A DNA stretch of 53,590 nt, the filler included, from Stramenopiles sp. TOSAG23-2 (Eukaryota), in the NCBI GenBank assembly GCA_900128395.1. It is 3 parts of 3 records of this genome, joined end to end, with 100 filler letters (N's around TTAATTAATTAA, not from the genome) between each part and the next. Parts side by side here need not be neighbours in the genome. Positions count along the whole stretch, not along the records: positions 17,904 to 35,700 come from LT649625.1; 2 more parts are not named here. One strand, given 5' to 3'. How positions within the stretch are numbered: position 1 is the stretch's first letter; each line of letters begins with the position of its first letter. The notes beneath the pieces are model-generated. The model made no database searches, had not been told where the DNA came from, and saw only the letters and a program-made list of their open reading frames with translations. Shown piece after piece: positions 21,980-34,920 of the stretch. The translations under genes were made by a program, and so were the position numbers.

Positions 21980-22406
21980 ACGATGTAACATATTTTTTTA
22001 CGTGTACGTCGTTTGATATATTTAATATCTTGTGTGGGATAGAAGATTTAAAACCAGTATCATATGATACTTCGTATTTTTTACGAAGTACTAAAAATTA
22101 ATTTTAAATATAATAGAGCACATATTTTAAAAAATATGATGTGCGTGTATAAATTTAAATATTTATATAATACAAAAAATATTTCAAATATTATCAATTT
22201 TATTATTTAAAAAAAAATATATAAAAAAAATTATTTTATACGTATTTTTTAACACGACGTTCTCGAGTATTTTTTAAAATAAAATACATATCTGTGCATC
22301 TCTAGGGAGTCTATCTACCTCTAATGCTCGTACGTACGAATATTTAACAAAAAAGCCTGCTGTCTTCTTGCATATGATACGTGACATAAATTATGAAAAT
22401 AGTCTC

Positions 22407-23307
22407 TCATGTCAAACCAGCTAATGTTTTACGAGATGGTTTTTTTGATATTGGTGTAACAATTTTGTAATCCTCCTCATCATCTAATTTGTTTTCTATT
22501 GCTTCATCACTATCATCTTCTTTTGTAGCCATTTCTGCTTCTTGTTTTTTCTTTTGTTTCGCAGCGCGCATAATCGTTAAGAAACTTTCTGATCCTCCTT
22601 GATCACCATGTTCCGTTTTCTTTGCATTTAATAAATTCGTTTGTATTAACTCTTCCGCTGCTTCTTCATCTTCCTCTAGTTCATGCATAATTTTATGTGC
22701 ATATTCTATTTGATATTGTTTATTATTTTTTTCATCTATCAAATCATTTAATTGACTGTCTAACATTTCTACAACATTGCGAAATCCACCAGATTCTAAA
22801 TCTTCAATAAATTGAATATCTTGTTGTAATGTACGAACTTTTTTTAATGCATTTACTAATGGACCTGTTTCGATTTCAAATGGTTCAGTTAAACGCGTAC
22901 ATGCTGTTATAATATCTGCACGTGCCATGTTTAATTCCCCGGCATCTAAATTATGCTCTAATGCAAATTGTATATTTTCCTGTACTCGTAATGAATCTAA
23001 TTTCGCTTGTAAAATTTTTTTCATACGTCTTGTTTTAATAACTGTACGTACCAATGCATCTGCTTCTGCTTCTTCATCTGTCATATTTGGATCACGTTTT
23101 AATATTGGATTTGCTTTGAGTTTGATTTTTTTGGCGGATGAATCTAAATGATTTGAAGATCGAAATGTTTTAAACGTTTTTGCCATTTTTTTGCCTACAA
23201 CAGCGGTTTTAGCAACAGTTTTTAAACTAAACGTTTTCTTACTACTATTTTTTGCTACATCTGTTGGAACAACAGCTGCTCTACTACTTTTTTTCTCGAT
23301 ACCATCG

Positions 23308-23353
<46 letters not shown>

Positions 23354-23585
23354 CACCACCACTACTACTACTATCACTCTTTGTCTTTTCAGAAGTTAAA
23401 TCTTCCATTTTCAATTCGCTACCTTTTGTATCGTCATTCATATTTATTGATGGCACAGGAGATTTTATTCTGACAATCTTTGTTGGACTTAGTGGTTCTT
23501 GCACTTTGTTGTTATTATTATCGTCGTTATTATTATTTGTTTCCGTAGTAATTGTTAGAGATATTTGTTGTCGTTTATTTATCAT
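22407..23585 (-). CDS. Hypothetical coiled-coil protein
   Basis: 392-aa ATG-initiated ORF with host-like codon use and a helical C-terminal half. Confidence 0.7.
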
Positions 23586-24297
23586 TAAAATATATTTCTT
23601 TAATAACTATTCAATAATATTAATTGGGATTATCTATTTTATGTTGTGAACAATCTTTCCTGTTCTAACTTGGTTTATATATATGTATGACTATATGTAA
23701 ATATGTTTTCAATACGATTAAAAATATGTGTTTTATAAAACACACAGTATTTCGAGTAGTGTTAACTTTGTATGTATAATATATATGAGTTAGTTTATTT
23801 ATTCCACAACAACATGATGGTACATTACATCATCATCATCATCAGCAGCTTAATAAGCTATAAACTATAAACTCCATAACTTGGATAATTTGTCTTTTCT
23901 GTGGTGTACCCGTACTAAATATTACTACTACTTACTACTTACTAAAAAAAAACCCCCAAAATAAACACAAAACAAAAAAAAAGGCTGTAACACCATAACT
24001 TAATAACATAGAAACAGCACTAAAAACTTCCAAAATTCCATTGTTATTAGTGTTATTATAATTTAAATTATTTTCCAAAAAAACCAAAAAAAAAAAAAAC
24101 TAAAACACACAACAAAAAAAAAAAAATAAAAAAAATGAATTGAAAATCGCAAAACACAAAAGATATGGAGAAAGAAAAAGATGTAAAAGACGACAAACAG
24201 CATTTGTTCTAACTATATTGTTATATATATATGTTTTTATTTTAAAGAGATTATAGGAATAACGTGATAGTATAGACAATAAAAAATCTAAATAAAC

Positions 24298-25752
24298 ATG
24301 AGCACCGATGCGGAACAAGGTTTAAGTGAAACATCGCAAGCAAAAATGACTACAGCATCAAGTGTTGATGTGAAAGATATTTTTCAAGATGAATTTATTG
24401 AAGAACCAGATGGTATAGATGGAAAAAGTACAAGGTTTCAAGCAATTTTTAATTTTATCAATAGCATTGTAGGTGCTGGTATTATTGGTTTACCATTCGC
24501 TATTAAAGAATGTGGATTTTTCATGGGTATCATTTTGTTAATCTTTGTTGCAGTGATAACTCAATACAGTGTTGGTTTATTGATTCATGTTGGCCATCAT
24601 TATAAAGTTTTCAATTACACCGGCCTTGTGGGTGAAGTTTTGGGCGAAAATGGACGTTTTATTGTTGGAGTTTCCATGTTATTATTTGCAGTTGGAGCAA
24701 TGTGTGCTTACATGATCATTATCGGCGATACCGTTACACGTGCATTTTATCAAGCAGATGATCATAGTGTATTGAAATCTCGCTATTTTATCATTCCATT
24801 ATTTTCCGCATTAATTATTTTGCCAGTAAGTTGCTTACGTAAAATGTCATCTTTAAGTTGGTCTTCGTTAATTTCAATTACTGCTGATTTTGTATTAGTT
24901 GTTACGGTCTTATTTGCATCATCAGATGCTGCAAAAAATTCAATATATTGGGACAATAATACGGGAGAAAAAGTTATTGGTATAAAATCAACAAATGATC
25001 CAGATGCATTTGCATTTGGACGTTCTGAATTGTTTGGTGGATTAGGAGCAATGTCATTTGCATTTGTTTGCCATCATAGTACATTTACTGTACATAATAG
25101 TATGAAAGAACGCACTGAGGAAAATTGGGCATTTGTATCCAAAACTTCATTAGCAACAGCATTGTTTGCATGTTTAACATTAGCATTGGCAGGATATTTA
25201 TCATTTTTTCAATTTGTTCAAGCTGATGTATTGAATAATTTTGGTGGTACTGCTGCGATTACACTTGCTAGAATTTTATTAGCGGTTACAATGATATTGA
25301 CATATCCCATGGAGATGTTCGTCGCACGTAAAGTATTACATGCTCTTATTTATGGACCTACGATTCCTATTACAATACATCGCCATTATGTATTGACTGG
25401 ATTATTATTTGTCTTTACATTGAGTGTTGGTATGGCAACAGATGATTTAGGCTTTGTATTGGAATTTACAGGTGCAATCAGTGCCAGTATAATTGGGTAC
25501 ATTGTGCCACCATTGCTTTATATGAATACACCACGATTTTTAAATTCAGAATCAAAATATGAAAAAATGAAAGTATATGGTTTGATTATCTTTGGCGTGA
25601 TCAGTATGATCGCTGGGAGTATCACTGCAATTGTTGATGTTGCTACAAATGCTGATGAATGTGGATATAAACCATTAGAATTAAATTCTCAACAAAATGT
25701 TCATACAGTAATTTATCAAAATTGCAGCAGTAGCAGTATTCAATCCAATTAG
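24298..25752 (+). CDS. Amino acid transporter, AAAP/SLC38 family (SLC38A11-like)
   Basis: 'FNFINSIVGAGIIGLPFA', 'MSFAFVCHHS', 'LTYPME' and about 11 TM segments. Confidence 0.92.
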   Translation: MSTDAEQGLSETSQAKMTTASSVDVKDIFQDEFIEEPDGIDGKSTRFQAIFNFINSIVGAGIIGLPFAIKECGFFMGIILLIFVAVITQYSVGLLIHVGHHYKVFNYTGLVGEVLGENGRFIVGVSMLLFAVGAMCAYMIIIGDTVTRAFYQADDHSVLKSRYFIIPLFSALIILPVSCLRKMSSLSWSSLISITADFVLVVTVLFASSDAAKNSIYWDNNTGEKVIGIKSTNDPDAFAFGRSELFGGLGAMSFAFVCHHSTFTVHNSMKERTEENWAFVSKTSLATALFACLTLALAGYLSFFQFVQADVLNNFGGTAAITLARILLAVTMILTYPMEMFVARKVLHALIYGPTIPITIHRHYVLTGLLFVFTLSVGMATDDLGFVLEFTGAISASIIGYIVPPLLYMNTPRFLNSESKYEKMKVYGLIIFGVISMIAGSITAIVDVATNADECGYKPLELNSQQNVHTVIYQNCSSSSIQSN

Positions 25753-26261
25753 TAAAATAGAAATTATATTGATACGATGTGATGGGAAGAAGAAGAAGAG
25801 AAAGAGAGAGTGAGAGTGTGTGTAGAAGAATGGAGAGGAGGTTGGTCATTGTACTCATATCTATATTTTATTATGTTTTTCATGCATTTTACTTCATATA
25901 TATGATATTCTTGCTTTTCAACTTATGAATTTATATAACCTTAAAAAATAGTGTCTACAAGGTAAAATAGTTTTAATATTTAGATATATTTAAGGAAATC
26001 GTTCAAATTTTGGCGAAAAAAGGCCGATATATGGGATAAATTCACCTTTACCAACAACATTAGCAACATTAAACAACCGTTATTATAATAATTAATAAAA
26101 AATTGGAGAAAATTAATTAAAATTAATTTAATAAATCAATAATATGCCAGGAGATATATTGCAAAATATTTTTATCTACCTCATCCTTTTTCTCTTCTTC
26201 TCATTCTATTACCATTACCATCAAAACAATAATTTTTGTTTTTTTTTTTTGAAAAAGAACC

Positions 26262-28682
26262 ATGACGTCAACAAGGAAACATAAATATATTTTTTCAATA
26301 TGGTATGCATGTAGGCATGGAAGGCAAGAACGCGTAGAAGAATTATATGAAAGAGAAGGTGGTAATAAACAAAATATTATTATTAATGCAGTAGATACAG
26401 CGCATAATGATTTAACACCGTTGCATTGGGCAGCAAAATTTGGACATGAGGATCTATGTAAGTGGTTATTATTACGAGGTGCAAATCCTAGCGCAGTTGC
26501 TACAGATGGAAATACACCATTACATTTAGCAGCTGGAAATTCTACTATACGCATTGTTCGCTTATTATTAGAATATGCATCGGAACCAAGAATGAAAAAT
26601 GCAAAAGGTGATTTACCAGCTGACGTTGCGAAAACATATCGAAGGTGGGATAGTGAAGATTTATTACGTCGTTGGGAGCCATGCGGTGGATTTCCAGATT
26701 TAAGAAATTCTGGATTTGAATTTCAACGTATGACAGATCATGAATTACGTTTTACATTACCATTGCCAGAACCACCTCCAAAACCACCAAGAACTTTAGA
26801 ATGGATGACACCAACTGAAGCTACTACAGAGGAAGAAAGAAGAAAAGTACGTAAAGAAATTTCAAGACAAAAAGAAGCATTAATGCTGAAAAAACGAGCG
26901 TTAGGGGAAGGTGTTGTAACCGCTAGTGTAGGTATAAGTCTATTGCGTATTGCTCGTTTATTAAGAAAGTTAGGAGATGAAGGAAATGATGAAGCATTAG
27001 ACATATTACATCGTGCAATGGCCATTTTTGAACGATTACATCGTAAAGCACAAGTAACTTTATATAATAAAAAAAAGAAAAAAAAAGAAGATGATACTAC
27101 TAATAATACTTATATCAGTGATGACGAGGAGGAAGAAAAAAATAAAAATAGTGATAATAATAATGGAAATGAAGGGAAATCGAGTAATGCGGATGACGAT
27201 GATGCTATTGCTTATGATAATAATGGTGGTAAAAAACAAGATAATGAAGATGATAATTTAATTCCTATTGTAAATAATAATAAGACTGATAAAGGTGGTA
27301 GTGATGATGATGATGAAGAGGAAAACGAAGCTGCCATGAAAATGAGTTTCAATAATCGTAAAACAATTGCCGACCAACGTGCAGATGAATATGCATCAGT
27401 ATTACAAGAATTATCTTCTTTATGTGTAAAAAACGATATGCTAGATGAAGCAGAAAAAACTGCACGTACTGCTTCAACTGTTATAAGTACAAGTGTTGGT
27501 GAAAATAATATGGAATTAGCTGGTGCATTAACAAATTTAGGATTAATATTACGTGAAAAAGGCAAAAGATATGAAAATAAAAATAAACATGACACGTTTC
27601 ATAAAGAGAAACATGACAAGCATGTAGCAGATGTAAAACAAGAAGTAATGTCTATTTTTATCCGTGCACTTACAATCGTTGAAAATCGCGTTGGTCCAAA
27701 TCATATAGACGTAGCAGAATTATTAGAACATATAGCTAATGGTTATGTGATGGATCATGAACATATGAAAGCTGCTGCATTATTGGAACGAAAATTAGAA
27801 ATTGTTAGTATCGGTACACCACAAACAGAGGAACATGCAAAAGCATATGATGAATTAGCACAAGTATATTTTTCATTAAAACGATACGAATTGTCTGAAT
27901 CTTTATTTCAAAATGCTTTAAATATACGTGAAACATTACATAATAAAAAAATGATACCGGATCGCGATGACAATGATAATAAAAGCCCAGAAGTAATAAA
28001 TAATACCAATAATAATACCAATAATGTAAATACAACGATACCAATTGTGGAAGAGGAACAAGATAATAATATGATGTCAAATAATAATAATAATAATACA
28101 TCATCATCAAATAGAGTAAGGGCTAGTGAAAAATTTAGGAAGGGAAAGAAAAAAAAGAAAAATCATGACGATTCCGATTCCGAAGATGAATCGTTAACAA
28201 AAATTATGCGTGCTGATATTGGAACATCTGTTGGTCAAAAACTTGTTGAAACAGAGGAAGATAAGAAGCGTATCCCATTTTCAAAAGGTTATCGTAGACC
28301 AAAAAAAGAAGATTTAGTATATGAACCTGTACGAGAGATACATCCATCTATACAGCGAACGTACAATAATATTGCAATAGTTGGAGGTCATAAAATTAAA
28401 AATGATCGACGAGAACGTAGAAAATATAGACAAGAAATAAAAAAATATAAATCAAAAGTAAATCAAGCACGGCGTATTGATGATATTCGATATTTAAAAG
28501 AAAGACCCGCGCGTGAAAAAGAAGGCATTTATAGTGCAAGTGTTGGTAGAAAAGATTCTGCAATATCAAAAACGTTAGACTTTCATGATAATAAAGATGC
28601 TAAAGATGATGGAATAAGAAATTTTGAAAAACCAACAGCATATCATACAGCATATGATGAAGTGCAACGTTTAAAAAAATGA
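26262..28682 (+). CDS. Ankyrin-repeat + kinesin-light-chain-type TPR protein
   Basis: Ankyrin motifs 'LTPLHWAAKFGH' and 'GNTPLHLAA'. TPR motifs 'LTNLGLIL', 'GPNHIDVAELLEHIA' and 'LFQNALNIRE'. Confidence 0.85.
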   Translation: MTSTRKHKYIFSIWYACRHGRQERVEELYEREGGNKQNIIINAVDTAHNDLTPLHWAAKFGHEDLCKWLLLRGANPSAVATDGNTPLHLAAGNSTIRIVRLLLEYASEPRMKNAKGDLPADVAKTYRRWDSEDLLRRWEPCGGFPDLRNSGFEFQRMTDHELRFTLPLPEPPPKPPRTLEWMTPTEATTEEERRKVRKEISRQKEALMLKKRALGEGVVTASVGISLLRIARLLRKLGDEGNDEALDILHRAMAIFERLHRKAQVTLYNKKKKKKEDDTTNNTYISDDEEEEKNKNSDNNNGNEGKSSNADDDDAIAYDNNGGKKQDNEDDNLIPIVNNNKTDKGGSDDDDEEENEAAMKMSFNNRKTIADQRADEYASVLQELSSLCVKNDMLDEAEKTARTASTVISTSVGENNMELAGALTNLGLILREKGKRYENKNKHDTFHKEKHDKHVADVKQEVMSIFIRALTIVENRVGPNHIDVAELLEHIANGYVMDHEHMKAAALLERKLEIVSIGTPQTEEHAKAYDELAQVYFSLKRYELSESLFQNALNIRETLHNKKMIPDRDDNDNKSPEVINNTNNNTNNVNTTIPIVEEEQDNNMMSNNNNNNTSSSNRVRASEKFRKGKKKKKNHDDSDSEDESLTKIMRADIGTSVGQKLVETEEDKKRIPFSKGYRRPKKEDLVYEPVREIHPSIQRTYNNIAIVGGHKIKNDRRERRKYRQEIKKYKSKVNQARRIDDIRYLKERPAREKEGIYSASVGRKDSAISKTLDFHDNKDAKDDGIRNFEKPTAYHTAYDEVQRLKK

Positions 28683-29068
28683 TTATTATATTAGCTAATA
28701 TGTGTGAATAATGTGGTGTGTGTATAGTCGTACGTCGTACTTTTTAGTGCGTACGTCCTCTAAAAATTTAACGAAAAATATATATACGCGGGGCGTATCT
28801 CTTAATAAAAATCATTTTTAGGAAATAATACAATATGATATACTTTTAAAACTTTCTTTTAATTTTTTACAAAAAACACTCTCCAATTTCGCAATTTTTT
28901 TGTATTTTTTTTTTTCAATTTTTGTATGTTTTTACTTTTCACTTTTAAAATATACGAAGACGTATTTAATATATTTTGCTTTGGTTTTATTTTTCAGATT
29001 TAATTACAATATATACTATATATGTATACATGATGATGTACGAATGTGTGTGTCTTTTTTTTTTGCAT

Positions 29069-30589
29069 TTAATGCCCTGGACCACTAGTAATAGGTCGAA
29101 CATCTGGTCTTAACATTAAATCACGTGGTACTTTTTGGAATCTAGCAGCTTCTGGATTAAATTCAGGTGTTTCAATAAAACGTAAAAACATATTACTTAA
29201 ACGTCTTCTTAAACCTTCTAAACTTTTTTCTGCCCTTCCACGATTTAATAAATCAGCTTCACGATCAATCAATTCAACAATATTACGTGTCAAATTACAA
29301 TCAAATTCTTTTACAGTCCATTTCACATGTAACAATACATCTAACCTTTCATCAATAGATAATAATGGTAAATTTAAACCTTGATATAATTCCATTAACT
29401 CCTTTGCACGTGTTGTAAATGGTGTATGTACTTCAGCAACATCACCATCACTCATTTGCCATTGCTTTGGTGCAGACATTAAATCTAACATTTTTTTCAC
29501 ACGTTTCACACGATTGCCTTTGTTTGCTCCTAATTTTAAACGATCAATCGTTTGTAGTAATTTTGTTTCTTTATGCAATAATTTTGCCAATTCTTTTAAA
29601 CGTGTTTTCTCATCCTTGGTTGATTCATTAATACGTCTTGTTTCATGTTGCCTCCACGTTTCCAACTCATTATATAACACTTCAAAATCTTCCACAGAGC
29701 TTGGATTCATTCGACGTTCTACTTCTCGCTCATGTTTCTTCTGTGCTGCAATTCGTTGCTTTTCTTCTTCCTCCTCAATTGCTTTTCTACGATCTTCTTG
29801 TCGTTTTCTTAAACTATGAGCCCTACAACGCGCAACATAACCTCTCCAGTAACATTGTATAACAATCGTTTTACGTACTTTTAAATCATGTAATTGTGCA
29901 CTAGTGAAATATTCTTTTGGCATCACTTCCTTATCGTTTTTATCATCCAAATATATATCATTTCGTTTCATTTGCGTCCCATTTTCACGTTTTGTTTGTG
30001 CGGAGCGCGTCACTTCAATTGCTGTTTGGCATTCACGGGTGAACTTTTCTGGACCAGTCTGCTGGACAACTTCACGCAACGTTTGCGTCGAACCATGATG
30101 ATATACTAAGCCTGTTTTCCTACTTCTGTATCCGCCTAAATATAATTTACGATTATTTTCTTGAACAATTTTAACCATAAATTTAATAGGAGAACCTTGG
30201 CTCCTTGGATCTTCTGGATCATCAAAATTAACGGTAACTTCTATTTCATCATCTTCATCGTATTTTCCTTCGAATTCACCACCGTCCTGTGCTTTCCCAT
30301 CCTCATTATTATTACTATTATCTTCAGGCAATATAACTATTATTTCCACACCTTCTTGCCCTGCTGTTAAACCAACGTCTTTTAATGTTTGCCCGTCGTT
30401 TACTTGTGTATTGTTATACGCCATTGTCATGACACTTGGATCAAGTGACAAATCACTACCTACTTTATTTTTTACATTCTCCATGGTTTCATTTAATGAT
30501 ACTACCATACCATGTCTAAAACCATCTGGTTGAATAACAAATGTTATTTCAACACTTTCTTCACTTTTTGTTTCTGATTTTTCTGCCAT
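29069..30589 (-). CDS. IQUB: IQ and ubiquitin-like domain-containing protein (flagellar radial spoke)
   Basis: N-terminal ubiquitin-like domain, 'YLGGYR...YHHGSTQT', IQ motif 'IQCYWRGYVAR' and 'ERLDVLLHVKWTVKEFDCNLTR...FIETPEFNPEA'. The likely start is MAEKSE at 30589. Confidence 0.92.
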   Translation of the reverse strand: MAEKSETKSEESVEITFVIQPDGFRHGMVVSLNETMENVKNKVGSDLSLDPSVMTMAYNNTQVNDGQTLKDVGLTAGQEGVEIIVILPEDNSNNNEDGKAQDGGEFEGKYDEDDEIEVTVNFDDPEDPRSQGSPIKFMVKIVQENNRKLYLGGYRSRKTGLVYHHGSTQTLREVVQQTGPEKFTRECQTAIEVTRSAQTKRENGTQMKRNDIYLDDKNDKEVMPKEYFTSAQLHDLKVRKTIVIQCYWRGYVARCRAHSLRKRQEDRRKAIEEEEEKQRIAAQKKHEREVERRMNPSSVEDFEVLYNELETWRQHETRRINESTKDEKTRLKELAKLLHKETKLLQTIDRLKLGANKGNRVKRVKKMLDLMSAPKQWQMSDGDVAEVHTPFTTRAKELMELYQGLNLPLLSIDERLDVLLHVKWTVKEFDCNLTRNIVELIDREADLLNRGRAEKSLEGLRRRLSNMFLRFIETPEFNPEAARFQKVPRDLMLRPDVRPITSGPGH

Positions 30590-31549
30590 GTTATTATATG
30601 TATTTATATAATTTATTTCCCCCAAACACAAACAAACAATCACACAATCACACACAGAGAGAGAGAGAGACAGACACACCAATTTATTCACACAAAATAG
30701 AAATATACAGGTATACAAAATATAAACTGACGAATACCTTCTATATAATAAATATATATCTATATCACTCTCGTATAAATAATATATCTATATAATTCTA
30801 TATTTCCACCTGAATATATATATTCCTCTCCTTGTTTATATTTATTGTTTTTCCATCAATAACCACATAAATGCGTTACGCCGGATTCCCAACGTCATTT
30901 TGCTTTGTGCCATAATGTATCTTCCAATATAAATACACACAAATTGGTATACTAAATATATACTTAGAAAAGGAATAAAAAGCTGCAGACACGACGGCAC
31001 AGCACACGACATAGCACACGACATTGACAGCAACTAAATAAAATTTAAAATACTTAGGAAACCTTATACGAGCAAATCCACTATACTTTACGACTCTTAC
31101 TCCTCAAAGCGTATTCAATGGCATAGCACCATAATACCTCAATAGCATCATACTACATATTAAGGATGTATAGGGAGAAGTGTTAAAGTTTTTCTTTTCT
31201 GATGAAACATGTAACTGAGCTAAATTATTACAATTTAGAATACTGTAATCTCTTATAGTAATCTTATAGTAATACGTGTTATTTTGTTAAATTATTATAG
31301 CGGTATAGTATTCCATGGTAATACAGGTGTTGAAGAGTGCAAAAGAAAACAGACTAAGACGACATCATCATGAGAAGAAAGACAACAGACTTTCTTCACG
31401 CTCTTCGAATTCACTTGAATACAAACATAATTATAATATACGTTATACACAGAGGTGTATGATTCACACAAGAAAGAAAGAAAGAGATAATGACATAAAA
31501 ACATAACAATTTAGAATAATAAACATTACAAGTACAAGAAAACAAAACA

Positions 31550-31689
31550 ATGAATAATGTACCACCGAAAAAAATGGAACAAAAAGAAGAGATTGCCGTC
31601 AATGAAACGATAGTAATATTACAACAATCAAACAATGTACAATTCTATGACGTCACTACTCCTGCTCCAAATACATCTAATACTACTAC

Positions 31690-31720
<31 letters not shown>

Positions 31721-32633
31721 TTACCAAAAACAAATTATGGTATAAATGTTATGCAATTGAAAATTGGAAATGCAATAGCTTTAATAATTACTTTAATATT
31801 CAATTATATTAGTAGTGCTGGCCTTATATCACCATATGGAATTGGGACAATATCACGTAAATATCCAACTAAAATAACTCCTTCATCAGGTGCTTTTGGT
31901 ATATGGGGTTATATATATACTTTGGAATGTTGTTTTATTATTTATCAATTTTTTTGGCCAACAGAAGATGAAGCACTGCTACTTCATGGAGTTGGATTTT
32001 GGTACATAAGTACATGTATATTCAATTCATTATGGATTATCGTTTTTGTTCAAGGCGATACAGTTGCAATGTTTTTCGCAGTATTAATTATTGCTTGTAT
32101 ACTCGCATCGATTTGTAAGATTTATATTAATACTTCTTGTTGGAAAAAAGAACGTAGCAATATTCTTGAAAATATTGTATTAGATGTTCATTTTTCAATG
32201 TATGCGGGATGGGTTACTGTTGCAACTATAGTTAATACTAGTATAGCAATATCAACTATTTGGAATGCAGAATCTGAAGCTGCAAATACGTGTGGTGTTA
32301 TTATGCTTCTAATTGCATTAGGATTAAATATAATAATTGTTTTGAGACATAAAGATTGTGTTTGGGGTTATGTATTAACATGGGCATCTTATTGGATATC
32401 AGTGAAAAGCAAAGGTGTAAATGAACCTATTTATACAACTGCAATAGTTGTTTCCATTACAATTGCCATCATTTCAACAGCAGTAGTAATTTATAGAATA
32501 GTGAAATTATTTAGAGGTAGAAAGGCAACTGAAGATGAAATAATTGTACAAGAAAAAACTACAAGAAGCCTTTTCGAAACATTACCCCCTGGGGGGGGGG
32601 GATGATGATGATCTCGACGAGGTGAAGAAATGA
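31550..32633 (+). CDS. Multi-pass membrane protein (TspO-like / DUF1774-like)
   Basis: 'ISRKYPTKITP...AFGIWGYIY', 'FSMYAGWVTVATIVN' and about 8 TM segments. As assembled it stops at 32605; a one-base change in the G11 run gives ...GDDDDLDEVKK* ending at 32633. Confidence 0.75.
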
Positions 32634-32786
32634 GGGAGGGATTACGTACATGTATTTAATGTATGCATACATATATAATATCATAGAAGAGAGAGTATTT
32701 AATAAAATGTAAATTTACCAAAAAAAGAAAAAAAAATACGTAATATTTACGCTCGTAAAATTTCAATTTCTCTTCTTTCTCCCCTT

Positions 32787-34633
32787 TCATATTCCCATGA
32801 TTCTACGCAATCTTAAAAAATCATTATATGCATCTTTATTTTCTGGAAATGGATAATTTGCTCCCATTGCCATTGCAATACATATCCCACTACATAGACT
32901 TAAATCATGTCCATTTGCAGGTGTCGCATAACTTCCACAATAATAAATATCGTCTTTTCCTTGTATAAAACGCATTAACATACTCAACATCAAACCGGAA
33001 AAGGACATATGTGGATGATTCCATTTATTTTCAACAGTACCAGCAACATTTTTAATTTTAGTTAAAGATTCAGCTTCTGATAAACCGTATGTAACCAATC
33101 GTGGTGATGATGAAGTTATTGCATTTTCATTTTTGTTGTTGTTTTTATTACCTTCCAGATGTTTCGTACTACCACTACCAACATTTGTAGTATTATTTAT
33201 TGCTGGCCACCATGATGATATTATAAATGTGTTTATATATTTAAAATTATTTTGATCATCGTTTCCTTTATTTTTACATACTTCAATATAATTTGCAAAT
33301 TTCTTCAAAAGATCTTTACGATGTACAGCTGGAAATATACTAGGATCACTATGTATATATCCAATTTCAAATGAACGATCCGTTTCGCTAGTATAACGAA
33401 ATCCATTTAAAATCGTTTTTTGTAACATGTAATCTTGATTTTTCACTGCATTTGCTGCGTTTTTACTATTACTAGCAAAAACAATAGTATCAAATTCTTC
33501 ATGTACTTTTCCATTTGTTGTCATAATTACATATTTTTTTTGTTATTGGATTACGATAAATTTCAACAACTTTATGATTATTATAACGTTTAAATCCCCA
33601 AACTTCATTCCTTATGGTCATATTTTTTTTATTATTATTTTTTTTATTATTATTATTATTATGATGATGACGACGTGATACTTTGGAACTATCCGTCATT
33701 TTATCAAATACATCTTGAGAATGTATCGTCCATGATTCCATATGTGGTTTATCCAATAAAGGTATAAGATCATCAATTACTTGTACAATCATCGCAGGGA
33801 CAGCATTTAACTCTATGGTTAAAAAAGATGAAGAGTACAAAGGAACGATTATTTGATCCCAAAATTCGTTTGATATGAAAAAAATCCTTGTCAAAAAGCG
33901 TAAAGTAATCAGATTCATTGGATTAAAATATGACATATGATACATACTAGGTTCATCCGTACCATGAAAGAACTTATTTATTTTTCGAACAAAAGAAACT
34001 AATCGTTGCCATTTCTTAATATCTTTTTCCCAATGTTTTCGTCCTCGCAAACAAGCAGAATTTTCACCATTGTCATTTGCAAAATAAATAGAACCATTAC
34101 TATTCCGTAACATAAATGGAAGTTGAACAGATTCAATATTACATTGAAGTTTTTTTAAAAGTGCTTTATAATTTCGAAAATAAGACGGTGGCCATGCAAG
34201 GACTGATAAGCCGGTAATAATATTATCAGGCCATTTAAAAGATTTTGCATTTCCACCATAGTCATCTGTGGAGCGTAGCGCATATCAATGGGTGATGCGT
34301 GTTAGAGAGAAAGAGAATATTTTTTGATAGATTTAGTAGGGGAATAGAATTTGTTATTTACATACCCCTTGTTTCAAATAATATAGGTTCAAATTGATCT
34401 GGGCACATTGATAATGTAAAACAACAACTATGACCTGCTATTCCACCACCAATTACAGCAACTTTTTGTTTTTTCCGATTTTGTTGTTTATTACTATGTA
34501 GTCCCGTCATAATATTCATACAACTATGAAACAATTGGGATATAATTTGTTTCAATGTATTGTAAATTATTAAAATCAAAATAATACATATCCTAACAGG
34601 AATGGAATAAGTATCATGTGATATCTTTTTCAT
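32787..34633 (-). CDS. FAD-dependent oxidoreductase (amine oxidase/COG2907-like); intron 34365..34266; frameshift in the T8 run at ~33534-33541
   Basis: 'KVAVIGGGIAG' Rossmann motif. Splicing gives 'FETRDDYGGNA...GLSVLAWP...YFRNY'. The C-terminus has 'QGKDDIYYCGSYATPANGHDLSLCSG'. Confidence 0.85.
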
Positions 34634-34864
34634 CTTCTTTTTTATTTTAAATAAAGAAATTAACTACGTCAAATTATTATTCATGTTATTAAAACGTAAT
34701 GACACTTATACACACGTTATACACACGGACCTTGAAATAGGCTACATCTTTCCCATTCTAATTCTATATCGTATTATAGAGTATAATATCTTTTTTTGAT
34801 TTTTTTGTGGTGTGGGTTTTTTTTTTTTTTTTTTTTTTTTTCCACCACACCATCCACACCTACT

Positions 34865-34920
34865 CTGGACACCAGAGATTTTCCTTGCCAGTATCCTGAC
34901 AAGGAAAACCTCTGGTCCAG
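34865..34920. repeat. GC-rich imperfect hairpin
   Basis: CTGGAC-ACCAGAG-A-TTTTCCTTG-CCAG-TATC-CTGA-CAAGGAAAA-C-CTCTGGT-CCAG. Confidence 0.75.

Noticed and set aside
30847-30862. X-box-like GTTTTCCATCAATAAC upstream of IQUB
   Set aside because: Weak match, no clear equivalent at PACRG, and RFX regulation is not expected outside opisthokonts and their relatives.
31315-31506. 63-aa ORF upstream of the membrane protein gene
   Set aside because: It has no recognisable motif and no splice signals linking it to the ORF at 31550; it may be a chance ORF or a uORF.
32585-32633. C-terminal PPGGGG-TGA resembling a SelK/SelS 'GGU' end
   Set aside because: Three consecutive TGAs follow a G11 run. A one-base shift reads GDDDDLDEVKK*, so a homopolymer error is more likely, and I saw no SECIS downstream.
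33499-33545. Possible programmed frameshift in the oxidoreductase
   Set aside because: The break lies in an 8-nt A/T homopolymer. Removing one base gives ITKKYVIMTTNGK, typical of an assembly indel.
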